Source: Terriglobales bacterium
GTDB taxonomy: Bacteria; Acidobacteriota; Terriglobia; Terriglobales; Acidobacteriaceae
Assembly: GCA_049698855.1 (NCBI GenBank)
Contig: JBAVYO010000234.1
Coordinates: 1 to 49,508, forward strand
Length of the DNA: 49,508 bases
Direction: 5' to 3'
Positions within the stretch are counted from its first letter, which is position 1. Each line of letters begins with the position of its first letter. This document shows positions 8,774 to 18,621 of this stretch, one piece after another. The notes under the pieces are model-generated. The model saw nothing but the letters and a program-made list of their open reading frames with translations, was not told the origin of the DNA and searched no databases. Both the position numbers and the translations under genes were made by a program.

Positions 8774-10003
8774 ATGCATCGTAAGCGGATCCTTTGGATC
8801 GCGGTGCTTCTCTGCCTTTTATTGGCAGCTCTCTTCCTGATCGTTCGAATTCACTATGGCAAAGCCCCTGCCGAGCAGGCAAGGGCAGCCGCAGTCGTCG
8901 CAGTCGTGCGTGGCAATCTGGCCAGTTCGCTTACGGTTGCTGGTCAATTTCAGCCCTATCAACAGGTGGATCTTCACGCCAAGGTCTCAGGATATATTCG
9001 CTGGATCAAAGTCGATATAGGCGACCGCGTCCATAAGGGCGAAGTCCTGGCTCTGCTGGAAGTCCCAGAGCTGCAGAATCAAGTGGAGGGCGCTCAGGCC
9101 GAGGTCCGCCACAGCCAATCTGATATCACTCGCGCACAAAGCGAGGTGGTCAGCGCGGAGTCGACGTACTCCGCATTGCACGCTGACTACACCCGTCTGG
9201 AAGAAGCTTCCAAAGAGAGACCAGGGCTGATCGCGGAGCAGGAGTTGGACGACGCGCGAGCCAAAGACCAGCAAGCCGCGGCACAGGTCGGGGTCGCCAA
9301 GGCCTCGGTCGACGTCATGCAGCAACAACTCGGCGTTTCCAAGGCGACTCGCAGCCGGCTCGAAACGATGTCCGGATACGAGCAGATCGTCGCTCCCTTT
9401 GCAGGTGTGGTGACGAAGCGCTACGCCGATACCGGCACGCTGATCCAAGCTGGACAGGACAACAACACGAACACACTTCCCGTGGTACAAGTGGCCCAGA
9501 GCGATCTGCTCCGTCTTCGCATGCCTGTGCCGGAGAGTGACGTACCCTACATTCAGGTCGGCGGCGATGTGCAGGTGAAAGTCAATTCAACCGGGCACAC
9601 ATTTACAGGCAAGATCATCCGTTTCTCGCGCGCACTCGATACCAACACGCGAACCATGCTGACCGAGGTCGATGTCCCCAACCGTGATCTGAGTCTGAAT
9701 CCAGGGATGTACGCGGAGACGACGATTCAACTCCAGCAGAAGAATGACACTCTTATTTTGCCGGCACAGGCTGTGGTGCAAAATGGCGATCAATCTTACG
9801 TGCTGATTGTGGATGCGACGAACCATGTCGCGAAGCGCAATGTGACTCTCGGAATCCAAACCTCGAACCGCGTGGAGATTACCAGCGGCCTGCAGGTTGG
9901 GGACAACGTGATCGCCTCTGGACAGACTGGCTATCAGCCCGGTGAAGTTGTGTCCCCGCATGCGGCGTTCATTCCGACGGCGGCGCAGGAGGTAAGCGAG
10001 TAA
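8774..10003 (+). CDS. Efflux RND transporter periplasmic adaptor (HlyD/MFP family)
   Basis: N-terminal TM anchor, lipoyl/coiled-coil/beta-barrel pattern ('KVSGYIRWIKVDIGDRVHKGEVLALLEVPEL', 'IVAPFAGVVTKRYADTGTLI'). Its stop overlaps the next start (TAATG). Confidence 0.9.
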   Translation: MHRKRILWIAVLLCLLLAALFLIVRIHYGKAPAEQARAAAVVAVVRGNLASSLTVAGQFQPYQQVDLHAKVSGYIRWIKVDIGDRVHKGEVLALLEVPELQNQVEGAQAEVRHSQSDITRAQSEVVSAESTYSALHADYTRLEEASKERPGLIAEQELDDARAKDQQAAAQVGVAKASVDVMQQQLGVSKATRSRLETMSGYEQIVAPFAGVVTKRYADTGTLIQAGQDNNTNTLPVVQVAQSDLLRLRMPVPESDVPYIQVGGDVQVKVNSTGHTFTGKIIRFSRALDTNTRTMLTEVDVPNRDLSLNPGMYAETTIQLQQKNDTLILPAQAVVQNGDQSYVLIVDATNHVAKRNVTLGIQTSNRVEITSGLQVGDNVIASGQTGYQPGEVVSPHAAFIPTAAQEVSE

Positions 10004-13000
10004 TGTCCTCTTTTGCCATCAAGCACCCGTTCTTCATCCTGATGCTTTGTCTCATGGTGATCGTCGTGGGTGTTACCACAGTCGCACGTATGCCCGTCGA
10101 TCTGTTTCCGGAGATTAATATCCCGGTTGTCGTGGTCGCGACCTTCTACGCGGGCATGCCGCCGCAGCAGATCGAGGCGGATATCACAGATAGCTACGAG
10201 CGCTTCTTTACGTTGGGAAGCGGAATCAATCACATCGAGTCGCGATCGCTGCCCGGTGTGAGCCTGATCAAGATCTATTTTCAGCCGGGCACGGACGCGA
10301 ACTCCGCGGTCAGCAATATCTCGAATCTGGCCATGGCGAATTTGCGACGGCTACCGCCGGGAACCCTCCCTCCGGTGGTGCTGAAGTTCGATGCTTCCAA
10401 TCTTCCGGTTTGTCTGGTCACGCTCGAAGGTCAGGGTCTCGACCAGACGCGGCTCAAAGATCTGGCGCAGTTTGAGGTGCGGAATCAAATCGCCAATGTT
10501 CCTGGCGCGTCGGTACCGCAGCCTTACGGCGGCAAGTATCGGCAAATTCAGATTTATGTCGATCCGGTGAAACTGGAAGCTCACCAACTCTCGGTGATGG
10601 ACGTGGTGCGCTCGGTGAATGAATCGAACTTGATTCTGCCCGCCGGCGACGTGCGCATTGGACCGAAAGACTACAACGTTTATGCCAACAGCCAGATTCC
10701 GGTAGTTGACGAAATCAATGCCATGCCGATCAAGACGGACAAACAGGACCATATGGGTGAGTCCGTATTCGTTGGCGATGTTGGGAAAGCGGTGGACTCA
10801 GGGCAACTGCAATACAACATCGTCCGGGTCGACGGTCAACATTCCGTCTACATTCCAATCCTAAAGCAGGGTGGGGGATCGAACACGATCAGTATTGTGA
10901 ACGGCATTCGAGAGGCTGTGAAACATCTGCTCGATATTCCGAAGGCGCTGAAAACGGCCGTCGTCTTTGATCAATCCGTTTTTGTGAAGATCGCGGTGAA
11001 GAACGTGATCAACGAGGGCGGCATTGGTTTGTGCCTCACCGCGCTGATGATACTTCTCTTTCTCGGCAATCTCCGCGCGACGATTTCGGTATTACTCTCC
11101 ATCCCCATTTCTTGCCTCGCCGCCTTCATTGGGTTGAACCTGGGCGCAAGCACCATCAACACCATGGTACTTGGCGGCATCGCACTCGCACTTTCCCGCT
11201 TGATTGATAACTCGGTCGTCGTTCTTGAGAACATCTTTCGTCACATGGAATTGGGCGAACCGGCGGTTGAAGCCGCCATCAACGGAGGCAAAGAGGTCCA
11301 GCTTGCCGTGTTGGCAGCCACGTGCAGCACAAGCATCGTTTTCTTTCCTGTCCTTTTAATCTCGGGTGTCAGCAAATATATCTTTAGCGCGCTCGCTCTC
11401 GCGGTCGTGTTGGCGCTCTTTGCTTCTTATGCGGTCGCCATGACCGTCGTGCCACTTTTCTGCGCGAGATTCATCCGCCTGAAGCCTGAACACTGCAGCG
11501 TTCCCTACAGCACGCTAGGCGGCGGCTCGGAGGCTGTAGAAGAAGTCGAACACGAACAAGAAATAAAGCTCGCGAATATTTTTCGACGCATCGTCATCGC
11601 TTTCAATGAGCAATTCGAACGGTTGCAGCGAGCCTACGAAAAAGCTATCGCCGTTTGTTTGGATCGCCCAGTATTGGTCGTATGCGGATTTGCTGGTTTC
11701 GTAGTGCTGAGCTTCGGATTATTTCCATTCCTTGGCGTGGCATTCTTTCCGCGCACCGATCCCGGGCAATTTGTCGTCAATGTCAAAGTCCCGCCCGGAA
11801 CTCGTCTCGAGGTGACTGATGAATATGTAGGGAAGATGGAGCAGGATATCCGTGATGTAGTGTCACCGCGCGACATGAATATGATCGTGTCGAACATTGG
11901 CATTACACCAGATCTTTCGGCCATCTATACCAGCAATTCCGGAATGCACACCGCCTTCATTCAGGTCAGTCTCACGGAGGATCACAAGACCAGCAGCTTC
12001 GCTTACATGCAACGTCTGCGCGAGAGGTTCGCAAACGACTTTCCAGAAGTCAGCACCTATTTCCAAACGGGTGGATTGGTTGATTCCGTCGTTAACCAGG
12101 GGCAACCCGCTCCGATCGACATTCGAATCGGGGGCAGTGACTTGGATGAACCGTTTGCTTTCGCCAAGTCCCTGGCTATGAGAGTGAAAGGATTGAGTTC
12201 CGTCAACGATGTACTGATTCCGCAGGATCTCGACTATCCGGGGCTGGAACTAAATATTGATCGCGAACATGCGGCGCTGCTCGGCATATCGCCGGAGGCC
12301 GCACTTGATAATGTCATCACTGCGCTTACATCGGACACGATGATTGCGCCGAGTTTCTGGGTCGATCCGAAGACCGGCAATAATTATTTCCTTAGCGTGC
12401 AGTATCCCGACAATCAAATTAAAACCCTGACTGATTTAAAGCAGATCCCCTTGCGCGCCCCGGGAGCCGCAAACACAACACCGCTTGAGTCGCTCGCATC
12501 TATCAAGCAGATCGATACTCCGACCGAGGTCGATCACTATCAGCTGCGTCGTAGTTTCGACATCTACGTCATGCCGAAAAAGGAAGACCTCGGCCGCGTA
12601 AGCTCCCAGATCAAACACGTCCTTGATGGCATGCACCACTCGTCGCAGATCACCGTGACGATGGGCGGAGCGGTCTCTGACATGGACAGTTCCTTCCGGA
12701 GTTTTGGCATCGGCCTCATCCTCGCAATCGTGCTGGTTTATCTGATCCTGATGGCGCAGTTCGCTTCGTTCTCCGATCCCTTCATTATCTTGCTCGCGAT
12801 TCCCCCGGGGCTTTCGGGCGTGATCTTATTTCTGATGGCGACGGGCACAACGCTTAACGTGATGTCGCTTATGGGAGTCATCATGATGACTGGAATCGCC
12901 GTTTCCGACAGCATCCTTATTGTGGAATTCGTAGGCACGCTGCGCGCCAATGGGCGTCCCCTTAAGCAAGCCCTTGCCGAAGCCTGCAAAGTGCGGTTGC

Positions 13001-13233
13001 GTCCTATTCTGATGACCACGCTAGCCACCGTCCTCGGGCTCATTCCAATGGCGCTCGCTCTGGAGCCGGGCAGCGAACAGTATGCGCCGCTCGCGCGCTC
13101 AATTCTCGGAGGGTTGACCGTTTCCGGCATCGTAACTGTCTTTTTGGTGCCGACAGCGTACCTGCTGATTCATCGCAAGAAAATTCGTGATGACGAAACC
13201 ACGCCCCAATCCGGTGAGGTGAACCATGCTTAA
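10003..13233 (+). CDS. Efflux RND transporter permease (AcrB/AcrD/AcrF family)
   Basis: 1076 aa with a 12-TM RND layout. N-terminal 'FAIKHPFFILMLCLMVIVVGVTTVARMPVDLFPEINIPVVVV'. Conserved 'SRLIDNSVVVLENI'. Confidence 0.92.
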   Translation: MSSFAIKHPFFILMLCLMVIVVGVTTVARMPVDLFPEINIPVVVVATFYAGMPPQQIEADITDSYERFFTLGSGINHIESRSLPGVSLIKIYFQPGTDANSAVSNISNLAMANLRRLPPGTLPPVVLKFDASNLPVCLVTLEGQGLDQTRLKDLAQFEVRNQIANVPGASVPQPYGGKYRQIQIYVDPVKLEAHQLSVMDVVRSVNESNLILPAGDVRIGPKDYNVYANSQIPVVDEINAMPIKTDKQDHMGESVFVGDVGKAVDSGQLQYNIVRVDGQHSVYIPILKQGGGSNTISIVNGIREAVKHLLDIPKALKTAVVFDQSVFVKIAVKNVINEGGIGLCLTALMILLFLGNLRATISVLLSIPISCLAAFIGLNLGASTINTMVLGGIALALSRLIDNSVVVLENIFRHMELGEPAVEAAINGGKEVQLAVLAATCSTSIVFFPVLLISGVSKYIFSALALAVVLALFASYAVAMTVVPLFCARFIRLKPEHCSVPYSTLGGGSEAVEEVEHEQEIKLANIFRRIVIAFNEQFERLQRAYEKAIAVCLDRPVLVVCGFAGFVVLSFGLFPFLGVAFFPRTDPGQFVVNVKVPPGTRLEVTDEYVGKMEQDIRDVVSPRDMNMIVSNIGITPDLSAIYTSNSGMHTAFIQVSLTEDHKTSSFAYMQRLRERFANDFPEVSTYFQTGGLVDSVVNQGQPAPIDIRIGGSDLDEPFAFAKSLAMRVKGLSSVNDVLIPQDLDYPGLELNIDREHAALLGISPEAALDNVITALTSDTMIAPSFWVDPKTGNNYFLSVQYPDNQIKTLTDLKQIPLRAPGAANTTPLESLASIKQIDTPTEVDHYQLRRSFDIYVMPKKEDLGRVSSQIKHVLDGMHHSSQITVTMGGAVSDMDSSFRSFGIGLILAIVLVYLILMAQFASFSDPFIILLAIPPGLSGVILFLMATGTTLNVMSLMGVIMMTGIAVSDSILIVEFVGTLRANGRPLKQALAEACKVRLRPILMTTLATVLGLIPMALALEPGSEQYAPLARSILGGLTVSGIVTVFLVPTAYLLIHRKKIRDDETTPQSGEVNHA

Positions 13234-14695
13234 TCGACATTTATTCTCGGCGCTTGCTCTTTTCGCGAGTTTTCTCGACGTGCGTGCGCAGCAGGTGGTC
13301 GATCGGCAAATCGTCGATCGGCAGGCCATCAATAGAAACCTCGCTGCGCAGTCGATCGCGCAACTTCCAGATGCGCCGCAGCTCCATACTCAGGCTCAGG
13401 CACAGCCGCCAACACCGGCGTTAAATTCCGCGACAACGAATCCTCCGGCATCGCTCCCGACGGCCTCAACCGGAGAAACGCTTACTCGTGGACAGGCGGA
13501 GCAGTTGGCGCTCAAGAACAACCCGCGAATCAGCGTCGCCGCGCTGCTCGCCTTGGCACAGATTCAGGTCGTCCGCGAAACTCGCTCGGCGTTGCTTCCG
13601 ACGCTGAATGGCAATCTGACTGGAGTTGATACTGAGGAAGCAAGCCGCATCTCGACGGGGTCGCTTGAGGCCTCCCGGCTTCTCTATCACGTGGGCGCAG
13701 GGGTTGACCTCAATCAGTTGATTACGGATTTTGGCCGCACGCGCAACTTGATCGCATCCTCATCTTTTCAGGCAAAAGCCTCCGAGCAACACTCGCAGGC
13801 GACACGGGAGGACATCGTCCTGGCGGCGGACATTGCTTTCTACAATGCGATGGAGGCGCAGGCCACGCTGCAGGTTGCGAAAAGCACCGTCAAGGCCCGC
13901 CAAGCGGTTGGCGATCAGGTCAACGCATTAACTGCGAGCAAGCTCAAGTCCACGCTCGACCAGAGTTTCGCGCAAGTCGATCTGTCACAGGCCAAGTTGC
14001 TCGACCTCGATTCGCAAAATCAGCTTGATGCCGCAATGGCGAATCTGAATGAGGTGCTTGGAACCGCAAGCAATCAACAGTTCCAACTCGTCGATGACCC
14101 GTCGCCTCCGCAGCCGGTGGCGCCTTCAGCAGACGCAGTGATTGCTCTCGCCTTGCGGCAGCGCCCCGATCTTCTTGCTCTCAAATTCAATCACCAGGCG
14201 GATGTGCGCTTCAGCCGGGCGCAACACGAGCAACTGCTTCCGAAGATCTCCGGGTCGGGCACGGTCGGCATCACGCCCGTTGGATCCAGCACCTACTTCA
14301 CTCCCGATTGGTATGGAGCGGCAGGCGTGAACATTGGCATACCGATCTTCGAAGGTTTCAAATTCCATGCCCAGGCGGCGGAAGCCGAGCTGCGCGCCAA
14401 GGCGTCCGATGAGCAGAGCCGGGTGCTCATCAATCGCATCGTACGGGATGTCCGCACAGCCTGGCTGAGAGCGAACACTGCACAACAGAAAATGAGTGTG
14501 ACCGCGGAGCTCTTGCAAGAGGCCAACACCGCACTGGACCTTGCCGATACTAGGTATCGCCTGGGGCTAAGCTCGATTGTTGAGTTAAGTCAGGCCCAGT
14601 TACAACAGACACAGGCGCAGATCGCCGAGGCCAATGCCCGATTTGACTATGAAGCAGACCTTGCCGCATTGCGGTTTCAAAGTGGATCGCAGTAG
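13226..14695 (+). CDS. TolC-family outer membrane efflux protein
   Basis: It has a signal peptide and two OEP repeats ('LTRGQAEQLALKNNPRI', 'ALRQRPDLLALKF'). It overlaps the RND gene by 8 nt, giving the order MFP-RND-OMF. Confidence 0.88.
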   Translation: MLNRHLFSALALFASFLDVRAQQVVDRQIVDRQAINRNLAAQSIAQLPDAPQLHTQAQAQPPTPALNSATTNPPASLPTASTGETLTRGQAEQLALKNNPRISVAALLALAQIQVVRETRSALLPTLNGNLTGVDTEEASRISTGSLEASRLLYHVGAGVDLNQLITDFGRTRNLIASSSFQAKASEQHSQATREDIVLAADIAFYNAMEAQATLQVAKSTVKARQAVGDQVNALTASKLKSTLDQSFAQVDLSQAKLLDLDSQNQLDAAMANLNEVLGTASNQQFQLVDDPSPPQPVAPSADAVIALALRQRPDLLALKFNHQADVRFSRAQHEQLLPKISGSGTVGITPVGSSTYFTPDWYGAAGVNIGIPIFEGFKFHAQAAEAELRAKASDEQSRVLINRIVRDVRTAWLRANTAQQKMSVTAELLQEANTALDLADTRYRLGLSSIVELSQAQLQQTQAQIAEANARFDYEADLAALRFQSGSQ

Positions 14696-14986
14696 GTTAC
14701 AGGGCAGCCGTCCACGCTGGTTGCAACTCGAACCAAGGAACGAAGGACAAGATGGGCCCAAGAAAGCAAGCACTTGGATCATCCCCGAAGAAACTATGTC
14801 GATACCAACGAGCAGAACCAACGAAGCATCGCCGAAACCCATAACGATCAAAGCGTGTGCACTGTCCCATTCCTCCCATTCACATGGATCGGTGACATCC
14901 CGTCCCCTCCCCGCTTGGACGTGCTTAATGGAGCCATATGGAGCCTCGCGGGGTGACGTTACAGAAGCTAAGGGATTGGAAAGAAA

Positions 14987-15063
14987 TGGTAGGCACGAGG
15001 AGACTCGAACTCCTGACCTCTACCGTGTCAAGGTAGCGCTCTAACCAACTGAGCTACGCGCCT
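14987..15063 (-). tRNA. tRNA-Val (anticodon GAC), CCA encoded
   Basis: The reverse complement folds as a cloverleaf: AGGCGCG-TA-GCTC-AGTTGGTTA-GAGC-G-CTACC-TTGACAC-GGTAG-AGGTC-AGGAG-TTCGAGT-CTCCT-CGTGCCT-A-CCA. Confidence 0.93.
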
Positions 15064-15076
15064 ACTGATGGATTGG

Positions 15077-15082
15077 ATTATA
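15077..15082 (-). promoter_or_regulatory. Candidate -10 box (TATAAT) for tRNA-Val
   Basis: A perfect TATAAT on the minus strand lies about 13 nt upstream of the mature tRNA 5' end. No convincing -35 element was found. Confidence 0.3.
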
Positions 15083-15154
15083 CCCTTTTGCCCCTGCCGC
15101 TCGCCGGAGGAAATTAACCCTCCGCCTCAGGTGCAGACCTTTAGATCCGCTCTT

Positions 15155-15182
15155 CATTCGTGGACCCGCATTCGTGGACCCG
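15155..15182. repeat. Perfect 14-nt tandem duplication (cattcgtggacccg x2)
   Basis: Read directly. It lies between the GT2 stop and the tRNA-Val promoter region. Confidence 0.85.
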
Positions 15183-15200
15183 CTTCTTCATCAAGGGCCT

Positions 15201-16025
15201 TCATAGCTCGCCAACAGAAGGTACAGCTGGCGTGGTGTAGGCCCCGCTAATCGAGTTCCAGCGGATTCTCAGAACTTCTCCGAACATGCGCAGGCCGTCG
15301 CGGAAAGGATGGAGGCGCGTGCCTTCGCTGTGTGCCCAGACGACTGGCACCTCTTTGACCACCAGGCCCAGCTTCCTCGCCAGAAAAAGAATCTCGGGGT
15401 CGAATCCCCAGCGCTCGATCTTTTGCAGCGGGAAGATGCGCTGCGCGGCATCGCGGCGAAACGCCTTAAATCCGCATTGCGTGTCCGCGAAGTTCAGGCC
15501 AAGGATCACCCGCAACACCAGATTGAAGATTCGCCCAAAGAGCCGGCGATAAAGCGGCTGCCGCACAGTCTGCAATTCGGAGCGGAGCCACCGCGAGCCG
15601 ATCGCAATATCCGCGCCGTCCGCGATTGCGTCGAAAAGGTGCTGCGCCTCGCCTAGGGGCGAGGACAGATCGGCGTCCGTGAACAGACAAATCTCGCCAC
15701 GAGCCTGCAACATACCGGCGCGCACGCTGAATCCCTTACCATGATTTTCCGGATTGTCGAGCAGCACGATTTGCGGATGCAGCTTGCTGTACTCGCGGAT
15801 GATGGCCGTTGTGTCGTCGCGCGATCCGTCGTCGACGACCATAATCTCCACGTTCCAATTACGCTCCTCGGAATAGCGCAGTAACTCATCGAGCGTCGGC
15901 CGTATGCGCGCGCTTTCGTTGTAGGCCGGGATGATGATGGAGCAAGCGGGAATCATGGAATTTGGATCGCTGACATTTTGGTCGCTAAAATATTGAACGG
16001 CGGCGCGATTGGTGGAATAAGCCAT
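15201..16025 (-). CDS. Glycosyltransferase family 2 (dolichyl-phosphate/polyprenyl-phosphate glycosyltransferase-like)
   Basis: 'CSIIIPAYNESARIRPTLDEL...VEIMVVDDGSRDDT...FTDADLS' contains the GT-A fold DxD/DDGS motifs. Confidence 0.85.
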   Translation of the reverse strand: MAYSTNRAAVQYFSDQNVSDPNSMIPACSIIIPAYNESARIRPTLDELLRYSEERNWNVEIMVVDDGSRDDTTAIIREYSKLHPQIVLLDNPENHGKGFSVRAGMLQARGEICLFTDADLSSPLGEAQHLFDAIADGADIAIGSRWLRSELQTVRQPLYRRLFGRIFNLVLRVILGLNFADTQCGFKAFRRDAAQRIFPLQKIERWGFDPEILFLARKLGLVVKEVPVVWAHSEGTRLHPFRDGLRMFGEVLRIRWNSISGAYTTPAVPSVGEL

Positions 16026-16093
16026 CGAAACATTTCATCATTGCAGCAATGCCGCAAGGATTCAACTCCGCCGGAATCAATCAAGCCATCGTC

Positions 16094-17191
16094 TCACGCG
16101 ACCTGACGCCGCTTGTCGAGCAGGCGCAGGAATTCCGCGGTCAGTTCTTCATCCCAAAGGCCGGCCTTGGCTTCATCGCACATGGTGTTGACGCTTTGCT
16201 CGTGCGTTAGAGCCGGCTTGTAAGGGCGCGCCGTCCTCAGAGCGTCATAGACATCGACGACTTGCAGAATGCGCGCCAGCAGAGGAATCTCCCCATCACT
16301 GAGGCCGTCGGGATAGCCGCTGCCGTCGGAATGCTCGTGATGATGGCGGATAATCGGCAGCACCAGGCGCAGCGACCTAAGCGGCCGGCAAATGGTCTCT
16401 CCCACCACCGGATGCTGCTTCATAATCTTCCATTCATCCGGCGTCAGATTGCTGCCCTTTTTCAGAATTTCATCCGGCACAGTGATCTTGCCGAGATCAT
16501 GCAAGTAACCTCCACGGCGCAAAGCAGTCACGCATTCGTCATCCAGACCGAGATGGCGTCCTAATTCGCTGGCGTTGCGCGCGAGGCGTTCGCAATGGCC
16601 TTCGGTGTAAGGATCGCGCGCCTCGACGCTCAAACCGAGCGTGCATAACACTGACTCCGCCGTCTCCAGTTCGTCGGTGAATTCCTTCAGCTTCAGAAGC
16701 GATTTCACCCGCGCAAACATCTCCTCGGAACCGATCGGCTTGATCAGGAAATCGTCGGCTCCAGCCTCGATCCCGCGCAGGCGGTCTTCATGAGCGTTGA
16801 GGCCGGTGATCATGACCACGGGGATCAAACGCGTTGCCGGATCGTCCTTCAGTTCGCGGCAAAGTTCGTAGCCGCTCTTACCGGGCATGATCACGTCGAG
16901 CAGAATGAGATCGGGCGGATCGCTGCGAATCTGCGCTTCGGCATCGGCAGCGCTGGACGCGATGGAAACCGCATAGCCGCGCGTTGCGAGCATCTCCCGC
17001 AGCAGCTCGGCATTGAGACGATGATCGTCGACCACCAGAATGGATTGCTTGCGGCGACCCGGGACGACCTCACCCATAGAAGAATGAGAGCTGGAGTGCA
17101 GGGAAAGGGTTGCCCTTGTACGACGCGGGGGAACGTTCATTGCCACACCTTGTATTGATTTTAACAGGCTGGGGAATTCTTCGTTTGGCAT
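16094..17191 (-). CDS. Response regulator with receiver domain and HD-GYP phosphodiesterase domain (RpfG-type)
   Basis: REC domain: 'ILVVDDHRLNAELL...DLILLDVIMPGKSGYELCRELK'. HD-GYP domain: 'HCERLARNA...YLHDLGKI...HHHEHSDGSGYPDGL'. Alternative starts at 17140 and 17077. Confidence 0.88.
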   Translation of the reverse strand: MPNEEFPSLLKSIQGVAMNVPPRRTRATLSLHSSSHSSMGEVVPGRRKQSILVVDDHRLNAELLREMLATRGYAVSIASSAADAEAQIRSDPPDLILLDVIMPGKSGYELCRELKDDPATRLIPVVMITGLNAHEDRLRGIEAGADDFLIKPIGSEEMFARVKSLLKLKEFTDELETAESVLCTLGLSVEARDPYTEGHCERLARNASELGRHLGLDDECVTALRRGGYLHDLGKITVPDEILKKGSNLTPDEWKIMKQHPVVGETICRPLRSLRLVLPIIRHHHEHSDGSGYPDGLSDGEIPLLARILQVVDVYDALRTARPYKPALTHEQSVNTMCDEAKAGLWDEELTAEFLRLLDKRRQVA

Positions 17192-17414
17192 GGGATTTCC
17201 GGCTACTGCCCCTATCGCACGGATTCGGAACCGATTTTGGTTGTCGCAGCTGCTCGTTTGTAGCGCCGGCGTCCCGCCGGCTGTCCGGCGGGCGTCCTCG
17301 CCCGCCGCACCTCAAGGCTCTTCTCGTCTGACGCAATACCTGCATCCAAAAACCGACCATTTCCCATGTTCACCGGTCATAGCCGCCGCCGCAAACCGGT
17401 GCCACGCTCAAGGA

Positions 17415-18089
17415 ATGAAACTCCGTAAACTCCAGCCCCTGTTCTTCGCGCTCGCTCTTGTCTGCACCCTCACCTGTCCATGCGCCGCCGTTCCCAAGCC
17501 GCACGTCATCGCCTTCGGCAAATGGATCGCCGCCAAATATCCCAACGCCACCGGCCAAAAGCTCCTCGACCTCAAAGTCCGCCCACTATTCGTCGATACG
17601 CGCCTCAAGGAGTACACCACCGGCGCTCCCCACGATCTGACCGACCGTCTCTTCGTGGTGCGGCGCGCCTTCCGCATTAACGACGCCCTGCCAGCCGAAA
17701 CCACCGCGCACTGGCAATGGCAGCGCGGAGGCTGGCTTCTCGTCGACCGCCTCACCGGACGCGTCTCGCAACTCAACCTGCCCGAGTTCGATCCTTATTA
17801 TTCGGCCGCGAGCTGGTATCGCGACTACATCGCCTACTGCGGAGTCTCCGACGACGGCAAAAAGCTCTATGCCATGGTGGCGCAGGTAGGACGCCGCAAG
17901 CCCGTCCTGAAAAAAGATGTAGGCGAGCCCGCCGCCGGCGACGATCCCGATTCCGAATGCCCTCCGCCAGCCTGGGAGCGCAGCCCCATGCGCGTGACAT
18001 TTGTGCCCGACGAGGATCAGAAGGTAGTCTTCTCCATCCGCAACCGCGTAGTCGACGTAGTGAACGACGCGGAAGAAGCGGAAGAATAG
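17415..18089 (+). CDS. Hypothetical secreted protein
   Basis: ATG at 17415 preceded by 'caagga'. Signal peptide 'MKLRKLQPLFFALALVCTLTCPCAAVP'. The ORF-track start at 17190 would run through a REP-like GC palindrome and overlap the divergent regulator start. Confidence 0.6.
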   Translation: MKLRKLQPLFFALALVCTLTCPCAAVPKPHVIAFGKWIAAKYPNATGQKLLDLKVRPLFVDTRLKEYTTGAPHDLTDRLFVVRRAFRINDALPAETTAHWQWQRGGWLLVDRLTGRVSQLNLPEFDPYYSAASWYRDYIAYCGVSDDGKKLYAMVAQVGRRKPVLKKDVGEPAAGDDPDSECPPPAWERSPMRVTFVPDEDQKVVFSIRNRVVDVVNDAEEAEE

Positions 18090-18099
18090 CCCGCGTAGG

Positions 18100-18161
18100 G
18101 GCGGACGCATTCGTCCGCCAAAGGATCCTGATTTTGGGTGGCGCAGCGGTTCACCGCTGCG
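18100..18161. repeat. Two GC-rich REP-like stem-loops (ggcggacg-catt-cgtccgcc at 18100-18119; cgcagcgg-ttca-ccgctgcg at 18142-18161)
   Basis: Both are 8-bp GC stems with 4-nt loops, starting 10 nt after the stop at 18089. No U-tract. A similar stem-loop, cccgccgg-ctgt-ccggcggg, is at 17273-17292. Confidence 0.6.
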
Positions 18162-18192
18162 ATGAGGGTACCCCCCTCCCCCGGTCTATTGG

Positions 18193-18261
18193 AATCAAGA
18201 CTTTGGCGACAAATTTTTGCAAAGTCTTGAGCCGTAAGCAGTTATAGTCAAAGTCTTGATT
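18193..18261. repeat. Three copies of an 11-13-nt motif (aatcaagactttg / caaagtcttga / caaagtcttgatt) at the left edge of the AT-richer islet
   Basis: Copy 1 (18193-18205) is the reverse complement of copies 2 (18220-18230) and 3 (18249-18261). Confidence 0.7.
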
Positions 18262-18494
18262 ACGCATTACTTACGTCTGATCCCCCACTTTTTCCCCGGA
18301 TCAGCGGGCAGTCTTGGGACGACAATTGAGTTGGGCCCGCTGGATTCAGGGAATATGTGTTGATCAATTTTGTCACTTAGTAAGTGGCGTTGTCTATGAC
18401 GTAGGACACATGGAAATTGTGATGAATCAAGTACCGAAATGGGACGGTAGGGAGCCTCAGACCTCGCTAGACCCGCCCGTTCACTCGAAACTCT

Positions 18495-18620
18495 CTATGG
18501 AATGGGGTCAGTCAATTTTTTTGTTGGATGACCGTATGAGAAATAGTCATAGTAGAAGTCGCTTGCCTTCGTAATGGACAAGAGCATTCGATGGAAACGA
18601 AGCTTTAGGAGTTTGATGTC
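18495..18620 (-). pseudogene. Orphan 41-codon open frame, the probable displaced 3' end of the 484-aa gene
   Basis: Minus-strand translation from 18620 gives 'DIKLLKLRFHRMLLSITKASDFYYDYFSYGHPTKKLTDPIP*'. It has no start codon of its own. It abuts the outer edge of the left 32-bp inverted repeat. Confidence 0.45.
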
Positions 18621-18621
18621 C

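Noticed and set aside
14696-14986. Possible small genes or ncRNA between the TolC gene and tRNA-Val
   Set aside because: Only short, overlapping track ORFs with no RBS or motifs occur here, and no clear structure was seen.
17190-17414. The upstream 75 codons of the 299-aa ORF-track protein
   Set aside because: This part reads through a REP-like GC palindrome (17273-17292) and would abut the divergent regulator start. A signal peptide begins exactly at the internal ATG at 17415.
18314-18574. 86-aa plus-strand ORF in the islet's left part
   Set aside because: It has no RBS or motif. It overlaps, in antisense, the better-explained orphan 3' fragment at 18495-18620.
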